In this document: positions 60,543-64,000 of the stretch, piece by piece
How positions within the stretch are numbered: the stretch's first letter is position 1
Layout of the letters: each line of letters opens with the position of its first letter
DNA from: Octopus bimaculoides
Taxonomy: Eukaryota
DNA: 64,000 nucleotides
Assembly (NCBI RefSeq): GCF_001194135.2
Contig: NC_068985.1
Span: 18,455,320 to 18,519,319 of the forward strand
Direction of reading: 5' to 3'
The notes under the pieces: generated by a model
What the model was told of the DNA's origin: nothing
The model's input: only the letters and a program-made list of their open reading frames with translations
The model's database searches: none
Made by a program: the position numbers and the translations under genes

Positions 60543-63527
60543 CTGCTTCACAAGGAAGATCCATCAAGCCAAGTGAAATCATAGTTGTGGTAGATACTGG
60601 TACATAAAAGCACCTATTACACTCTCAGAGTGGTTGGTGTTAGGAAGGGCATCCAGTCGTGGAAACCATGCCAAATCAGACTGGAATCTGGTGCTGCCCC
60701 TCAGCTTGCCAACCCTAGTCAAATCGTCTAACCCATGCCAGCATGGACAACGGACATTAAATGATGATTATACATATATAATAGAACAAAATATTAGCAC
60801 ACTTGTTCATAGTTTGTTACAACATCAGCCTGACCATAGCCAAGTCTTATTTATGCATCCTTCATCCCTTCACTTAACATTGGCATTAGTTGAGGCACTT
60901 GGTTTATTCTGAGCAATCATTTTATGTACCTGTTATTTATATGCTCTTTGACATCTTCTTACCTATATATATCTCCAAGAGCAGAATAAAACGGGATTTA
61001 GTTTGCCTTTTTATTATCATAAGACATCATAAATTATGTAATCTTTACACATATTTCACTAGCAAATACTTGTATGTCGTACAGTAATTATGTAGATGAT
61101 TGAATAACATTGAAACACTGGATCTTCCAAGTAACTGAGGTTGGTAAATAACAATAGATTAAATTACTATTTTCTTTTGAAGATCTGGCATCTCATTGTG
61201 ATTATGCAGTCATCTACATAACAATTACTACACAAGAGTAGTATTCACTCATGAAACACATGTAAGGATTATGTAATTTATGATGTTGTAATAAACAAGC
61301 TAAATCTCCTGTTTTTTCTGCTCCCACATATACACTCTAAATTATTCTAATGTATATAAGTACCGGAAGAAAATCAGATGAAAAATTATGTTTAATACCT
61401 GATTGGAATTTGGCTATACATGGATTTACATGGAGTTCTAAGCATTGATTAACCATTATGCTATCTCATTCTTCAATATGTGTGTGTTTGAGAATGAAAA
61501 TAAAAAAGATAGTGAAGGATTTCAATAAAAAATGATTTGCTCAATTAGTGGCGACATGCCAATAATTGAAGGAAATATTCCATCCCAGATAATGAGAGTT
61601 CTTCATTGTAGATCATATTTTGATGTTTACTTAGAAGCAACATATACTTCGAAGGAATATTTTTTGGCAATCATCATCATCATCATCATCGTTTAATGAA
61701 GGGGGAAAAACTATTTTTGATGCAGTTTTAGCGATGTTAAGAATATTAGAATTTTGGCTAATGAGACAAGAGTCTTTGTTTCTTGTGAATTTTGCCCTTT
61801 TTTTAAAAAATTTTTTATTATATATCTTGTGGAGTAACCAAGGACAACTAGTTAATATAAACTGGGTGTATGAAATTGGGAATTGTTGAAAGCAGATGAG
61901 CTTATGATGTCATATTTTTTATTGAGTGGATTGAGAAACTGTATCTGATATAGACGGATGGGTAGGCTATGACTGACGAGGAAGACATCATTCTATATTT
62001 TTTTTCCTTGTGATTCATAAAAATCATATTTACTCTCAGATTTTGCATCGTATCATACATTACTGGGGCTTCTGGCAAAGAACGGATTCATAATGTTGCA
62101 AAAGACAACTATTATTAATTATCTCCATCAATTAAGTGCAGGAGTGGCTATGTAGTTAAAGCCATGTGGTCTTGAGTCTAATCCCACAATACAACACTTT
62201 GCACAAGTGGCTTTTACTACAGCCCCAGGCTGACTAAAGTCTTGTGAGTGGATTTGATAGACAAACTGAAAGAAGCTTCTGTGTATGTGTTTGTGCCCCT
62301 CATGTTGACATATTATGGTTGTAAATAAACATCACCATTGTACAATTAATGTTTTTCCAGTTTTCTGTAAAACAAATTTAAAAAAAAACATTTGGCCATG
62401 GGGAAGAAACAAGTGAAGGTTGGCAACAGGAAGGGCATTCAGCTGTGTAGAAAAGCTGCTTTAATAATTTCTATTTGACCCATTCAAGCATAGAAAAGAT
62501 GTTAATACAAGTGTCACCAGTTAAGAAATAGTGGCCAACAGTTTGTGAATCTTCCTTTCTTAATATGTTAGGCAGTGAGCTTGCAGAATTATATGCATAC
62601 TGGAGCCAAATGCTTAGTGACATGTCTGTCTTTACACTGAGTTCAAACTCCACCAAGGTCAACTTTGCATTTCATCCATTCGGACATTGATAAAATAAGT
62701 ACCGATTAAGCACCTGGATCAATGTAATTGACTTACTCCTCCCCCAAACTTACCGGACTTGTGCTGGTGGCATGTTAAAAGCACTCACCGTAAAGTGGAA
62801 GGGAATCCAACCATAGAGACCAAGCAAACCAGACTAGAACCTACTGCATGACCAAAGTAAAACAGTTTGTGCTCTTTGATAAGTTTCCAAAATAACTTTT
62901 TCTTGTGCAAAGAATGATGATGTTAGCATATTCTGCAACATTGATGTTGCCAAAGCCATCTCAATCAGGCTACCTACCAATGTAGGAAAATATTTTTTTG
63001 TTTTGATAATCGTTGAAGGATTTTAATTTTAAAATTTTCTTTGCTCTCTTGGGTCTTCAGGTTTTACTAATCTAACGAAGAAACATTCCTTGAGAAACTC
63101 CTTACATGCAATGTTTTATGGCTCCTTGAAGAGGTAGGGGGCATATGCTTTTGTGTTAGATCATTTTTTTTAAAAAAATTTTTTGCTTGTCCCAAGCTTT
63201 CCTGTTTGTTTTTAGTTGTTTCATATTTTCTATAAAGTTTTCCTTTTGTAAATCCCAAGTTACTCTAATGGTTGAAAAAAAATTGGGAATGTGTATCATC
63301 TATGATACATGGATGCCATCAAAATATATTCTGTGTATTACATATGATACACTGACCATTAAAAAGGGTGGTTTAACCATTCTAGAGAAAAGATGTAATG
63401 GTGACTATAAACACATAACTGATTTCAAAGTGTTTCTCTTTTGCAGGGTTCCTTTCAACAGATGTGGATTTCCAAGCAGGAGTACGAAGAAGGAGGGAAA
63501 GGCTGTGTGGAACGCAAGTGTCCATGA
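7566..63527 (+). CDS. ACTL6A: Actin-like protein 6 (ACTL6A/ACTL6B co-orthologue; BAF53/Arp4/BAP55), spliced CDS, 5'-partial: join(7566-7642,12889-13054,15050-15150,16828-16925,21415-21509,23794-23900,27887-27973,28695-28756,30773-30887,34573-34653,37826-37921,56825-56911,63447-63527)
   Basis: 13 AG/GT-bounded exons with compatible phases, 1253 nt in total, one reading frame to TGA. Translation carries ACTL6 hallmarks: [113 protein letters not shown]-versus-B paralogue naming is not meaningful for an invertebrate single-copy gene. Confidence 0.97.
8592..10620 (-). mobile_element. RTE-clade LINE, internally deleted: APE endonuclease + partial RT + Cys-rich domain + (GAT)n tail
   Basis: ORF 9864-10277 ([13 protein letters not shown] endonuclease motifs); ORF 8908-9558 ([34 protein letters not shown]); tail at 8592. 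Confidence 0.92.
11370..11785 (-). mobile_element. mariner transposase 3' fragment with terminal repeat
   Basis: [16 protein letters not shown] motif, degenerate HDNA (HNNA), TA-start terminus TATTGGGATGGCAACTAAG at 11370. Confidence 0.88.
12489..12798. mobile_element. Fold-back MITE-like element with TA flanks and two internal hairpins
   Basis: Outer arms 12489-12593 / 12692-12798; inner stems 12595-12605/12613-12623 and 12629-12650/12660-12681. Confidence 0.88.
12889..13054 (+). CDS. ACTL6A: ACTL6 exon 3 (166 nt): [10 protein letters not shown]...[25 protein letters not shown]
   Basis: ttttctAG acceptor, GTAAGT donor, open frame, YYIDTN motif. Confidence 0.96.
14706..14919. mobile_element. 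214-bp near-perfect palindromic element (MITE-like) with 5-bp direct flanks ACTGT
   Basis: 99-bp arms (14706-14804 / 14821-14919), 3 mismatches, 16-nt spacer; ACTGT at 14701-14705 and 14920-14924. Confidence 0.93.
15050..15150 (+). CDS. ACTL6A: ACTL6 exon 4 (101 nt): [34 protein letters not shown]
   Basis: tttaatcAG acceptor, GTAAGT donor, LHPVxMSE motif. Confidence 0.96.
15760..16650 (-). mobile_element. Tc1/mariner-superfamily (maT/DD37D-like) transposon remnant, internally deleted
   Basis: [20 protein letters not shown] and WPPNSPxCNPLxxYYVW motifs across two frames with a stop and a frameshift; ends approximate. Confidence 0.82.
16828..16925 (+). CDS. ACTL6A: ACTL6 exon 5 (98 nt): [32 protein letters not shown](A)
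   Basis: ttttccAG acceptor; followed by U12-type donor GTATCCTT. Confidence 0.96.
16926..16934 (+). promoter_or_regulatory. U12-type (minor spliceosome) 5' splice site GTATCCTTT
   Basis: Exact match to the U11-pairing consensus RTATCCTTT directly after exon 5. Confidence 0.93.
16965..17195 (+). mobile_element. piggyBac-like MITE family B (TTAA-CCCTTTCGATAC...GTAACAAAAGGG-TTAA)
   Basis: About 14-bp TIR with TTAA ends; other copies 20899-21129, 39620-40100 (SINE inside), 42754-43740 (hosts family A copies). Confidence 0.75.
17694..18026 (+). mobile_element. tRNA-derived SINE with intact Pol III boxes
   Basis: Box A TGGCTCAGTGG and box B GTTCGAATCC, then TTCTTGAGCAAGACACTT...CCAGTTCACTCAGCTG body; degenerate copies at 4230-4460, 20525-20710, 26790-27030(-). 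Confidence 0.85.
19505..19830 (-). mobile_element. Decayed RTE-type LINE C-terminal fragment (second family)
   Basis: Reverse strand reads [33 protein letters not shown], a typical RTE C-terminal motif. Confidence 0.7.
21394..21402 (+). promoter_or_regulatory. U12-type branch point TTCCTTAAC
   Basis: Exact consensus ending 12 nt before the intron end (21414), with no long polypyrimidine tract, as expected for U12 introns. Confidence 0.92.
21415..21509 (+). CDS. ACTL6A: ACTL6 exon 6 (95 nt): [31 protein letters not shown]
   Basis: U12 branch site then tttccAG; GTAGGT donor; phosphate-2 motif DSGAT. Confidence 0.97.
22440..23130 (+). mobile_element. Decayed RTE LINE fragment (linker + RT start)
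   Basis: Nucleotide similarity to the 58600-59100 copy; [17 protein letters not shown]-like RT start; many stops. Confidence 0.7.
23794..23900 (+). CDS. ACTL6A: ACTL6 exon 7 (107 nt): [36 protein letters not shown]
   Basis: tatttttAG acceptor, GTAAGG donor, KSPLAGDF motif. Confidence 0.96.
24030..25617 (+). repeat. Unclassified ~460-bp interspersed repeat ending in (AAT)n, split by an RTE-tail element spanning a gap
   Basis: 24030-24180 plus 25281-25617 are the reverse complement of the uninterrupted copy at 50226-50690. Confidence 0.75.
24263..25211. other. Assembly gap (949 N)
   Basis: Run of N; lies inside an RTE-tail element. Confidence 1.
26292..26641. repeat. Fold-back element with terminal and internal inverted repeats
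   Basis: TGGTTCTATTTCACTT / AAGTGAAATAGAACCA termini; inner arms 26426-26454 / 26497-26525 with 2 mismatches. Confidence 0.8.
27887..27973 (+). CDS. ACTL6A: ACTL6 exon 8 (87 nt): [29 protein letters not shown]
   Basis: ttccAG acceptor, GTAAAT donor, HNYM motif, phase 0-0. Confidence 0.93.
28205..28418 (+). mobile_element. SINE with GCCTTTCATCCTTT(C)GGGGTCGAT..AAATAAGTACC central domain
   Basis: Family also at 20282-20500, 39843-40075, 49205-51100 (cluster), 62570-62760. The central domain resembles the Meta-SINE domain as I recall it (unverified). Confidence 0.8.
28695..28756 (+). CDS. ACTL6A: ACTL6 exon 9 (62 nt): [20 protein letters not shown]
   Basis: tttcttactAG acceptor, GTAGAG donor, VLQVSDS motif. 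Confidence 0.94.
29342..29639. repeat. ~300-bp almost spacerless palindrome with TA flanks
   Basis: Centre TTTTAC-TT-GTAAAA at 29480-29493; arms alignable out to 29342 and 29639. Confidence 0.85.
29815..30140 (+). mobile_element. Short RTE-tail element (3' UTR subrepeats + AGGAAGGGCATCCAGCTGTAGAAAC core + (GAT)n)
   Basis: Most abundant repeat in the window; other copies include 2080-2225, 3400-3620, 6815-6965, 11045-11205, 39040-39350(-), 40395-40580, 53040-53255, 60595-60770. Confidence 0.85.
30773..30887 (+). CDS. ACTL6A: ACTL6 exon 10 (115 nt): [39 protein letters not shown]
   Basis: ttcttctccAG acceptor, GTAACA donor, HYEFPxGYN and EGLFDPS motifs. Confidence 0.96.
33586..34200. mobile_element. 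RTE-like LINE (third family) with inverted 5' segment
   Basis: Plus 33875-34200: [10 protein letters not shown]...[19 protein letters not shown]...AWILT. Minus 33880-33586: [10 protein letters not shown]...IIKENRVRF...VLLWEP...IHASIATR*. Confidence 0.8.
34573..34653 (+). CDS. ACTL6A: ACTL6 exon 11 (81 nt): [27 protein letters not shown]
   Basis: ttattgcAG acceptor, GTAAGT donor, [13 protein letters not shown]. Confidence 0.97.
35812..36165 (-). mobile_element. tRNA-derived SINE with a distinct 3' body (TTAATTTCACAAGCAGGCTGTTCC...GTCGTAACCGAC)
   Basis: Box A TGGCCCAGTGG and box B-like GTTTCGATTCC on the minus strand; same 3' body at 37060-37222(+). Confidence 0.75.
36360..37575 (+). mobile_element. 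Decayed RTE RT fragment interrupted by a SINE (about 36900-37222)
   Basis: RT similarity on both sides; probable TSD TGAAAGTTTT (36889-36898) / TGAAAGCTTT (37223-37232). Confidence 0.75.
37826..37921 (+). CDS. ACTL6A: ACTL6 exon 12 (96 nt): [32 protein letters not shown]
   Basis: ttatcttcAG acceptor, GTAAGT donor, GGNTL adenosine-binding motif. Confidence 0.97.
39843..40075 (+). mobile_element. Full-length SINE nested in MITE family B with 19-bp TSD
   Basis: AGAAATATGGTATCAAAAG (39824-39842) and AGAAATATGGTAACAAAAG (40076-40094). Confidence 0.88.
41147..41678. mobile_element. hAT-type non-autonomous element, 532 bp, perfect 8-bp TSD
   Basis: TIR (CT/GA)GGGGTGGGGAAA; TTCTAAAG at 41139-41146 and 41679-41686. 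Confidence 0.85.
43243..43606 (-). mobile_element. Helentron-associated (DINE-1/HINE-like) non-autonomous element
   Basis: Subterminal inverted repeat CCTCCGCC (43266-43273) / GGCAGAGG (43596-43603), terminal hairpin GCACTC-AGA-GAGCGC (43248-43262), (ACAA)n tract, AA/TT insertion site with no TSD. Confidence 0.7.
44753..45610. mobile_element. mariner-derived non-autonomous element with ~200-bp inverted arms and TA TSD
   Basis: CGAGGTCTGATCAATAAGTAT at both ends, TA at 44751-44752 and 45611-45612; minus-strand HTH fragment [27 protein letters not shown]...KFVPKLLS. Confidence 0.9.
45645..45840. repeat. Compound (TG)n/(TA)n microsatellite
   Basis: Direct inspection. Other long microsatellites: 3593-3680, 4892-4946, 5342-5412, 5950-6060, 41879-41913, 51100-51135 (ATT), 60474-60540. 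Confidence 0.95.
45941..46205. mobile_element. hAT-type MITE (CAGTGTTTCTCAAC...GTTGAGAACCTCTG) nested in a SINE head
   Basis: TIRs, degenerate 8-bp TSD CTCTAGGC/CTCAGGGC; relatives at about 30990-31236, 27200-27305, 34817-34890. Confidence 0.7.
46807..47092. mobile_element. hAT-type MITE with GAGTC subterminal repeats
   Basis: CAGGGCTGTGGAGTCG / CGACTCTGATCCCACAACCTTG termini; TSD TGGGAAAC (46799-46806) / TTGGAAAC (47093-47100). Confidence 0.78.
47663..48403. other. Assembly gap (741 N)
   Basis: Run of N; 10-N gaps also at 5998-6007 and 8796-8805. Confidence 1.
53715..54720 (-). mobile_element. RTE LINE RT-core fragment with a family-A MITE inserted at TTAA (54432-54600)
   Basis: ORF 53810-54133: [15 protein letters not shown]...GVHHGSVLS...LLYADALVL. 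Confidence 0.9.
55560..56520 (-). mobile_element. Ty3/Gypsy LTR retrotransposon integrase relic
   Basis: ORFs 55939-56487 and 55567-55938: zinc-binding Cxx[26 protein letters not shown]; catalytic E replaced by K; no LTR seen. Confidence 0.88.
56825..56911 (+). CDS. ACTL6A: ACTL6 exon 13 (87 nt): [29 protein letters not shown]
   Basis: ttttacAG acceptor, GTATGT donor; follows an 18.9-kb intron (37922-56824). Confidence 0.97.
57227..60230 (-). mobile_element. Near-full-span RTE-clade LINE (endonuclease, RT with internal deletions, Cys-rich domain, C-terminus, 3' UTR, (GAT)n tail)
   Basis: ORF 59645-60226 ([24 protein letters not shown]), 58040-58432, 57821-58033 (LHGSETW), 57673-57870 (LHWYGHV...GRGRPRKTW). 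Confidence 0.93.
60979..61323. repeat. Fold-back element, arms 60979-61127 / 61179-61323
   Basis: About 150-bp degenerate inverted arms (e.g. ACATCATAAATTA, TTATGTAGATGA, GATCTTC), 51-nt spacer. Confidence 0.82.
63447..63527 (+). CDS. ACTL6A: ACTL6 terminal coding exon (81 nt): [26 protein letters not shown]
   Basis: tttctcttttgcAG acceptor; conserved C-terminus; TGA at 63525-63527. Confidence 0.97.
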   Translation, partial: GSFQQMWISKQEYEEGGKGCVERKCP

Positions 63528-63703
63528 GCCATACCAGACTCTTGCCTTTAAGTCTTCTGCTCATATCTGCAGTAGTGGCAGGAATATTGATGACACCTCA
63601 AGGATCGGTTACTTTGCCTCTATTAAGAAATGTCATTAAAATAACCATCATTCAAATCACTATACCACCTTTCATTCATCGACTAGATATATACATGTGA
63701 TGT

Positions 63704-63709
63704 AATAAA
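63704..63709 (+). terminator. Candidate polyadenylation signal AATAAA for ACTL6
   Basis: First AATAAA after the stop (about 175 nt downstream), followed by T-rich sequence. Alternatives: ATTAAA 63635-63640, AATAAA 63942-63947. Confidence 0.5.
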
Positions 63710-64000
63710 TCTATATCTCATTAATCAAGGTAGTTTATCTATTTTCCTTAAGTGCATCCAATTGTAAATTTCTGTTGCAATTTTTATATTTATCAGAAGA
63801 AGTTTCACTATATCATTAATATTTTGAGATATTATTTATAAAAACTAATTTGCATTTTCCTCTTGTGCTGATAGAGGTGGGTAAATTTAAAATTTTGAAG
63901 TTTGCATGGATAGAATATTTTTATAACTGAACAGTCTTGCTAATAAAAATGACAATTTTGGTGGAAGTGCTAAGTTGGACAGAGAAAAACAGTTGGTTGT

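Overview
Eukaryotic, AT-rich, repeat-dense window, most likely an octopus (coleoid cephalopod) genome. The species call rests on my recall of the SINE/RTE repeat motifs, not on a search. One protein-coding gene spans nearly the whole window on the + strand: actin-like protein 6 (ACTL6A/BAF53/Arp4 orthologue). Thirteen coding exons (7566-63527, 1253 nt) splice in frame to a stop codon. The short first coding exon was not found and probably lies upstream. The intron after the fourth visible exon (16926-21414) is a U12-type minor-spliceosome intron. The introns contain decayed RTE-clade LINEs, tRNA-derived SINEs, Tc1/mariner, hAT, piggyBac-like and Helentron-like non-autonomous elements, a Gypsy integrase relic, microsatellites and four assembly gaps. 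I found no prokaryotic-type system, CRISPR array or supportable RNA gene, and I cannot demonstrate a new biological system. The best leads are: (i) seven sequence-unrelated fold-back elements, each in a different intron, including a T-shaped one and a 99-bp near-perfect hairpin just upstream of exons; (ii) several ACTL6 codons one A-to-G change from the conserved residue (candidate restorative A-to-I editing); (iii) a 5'-inverted, twin-priming-like RTE-type LINE; (iv) a mariner derivative built from two 5' ends; (v) direct evidence that the most abundant short repeat is the 3' tail of the RTE LINE. Exon numbering assumes one missing upstream exon.
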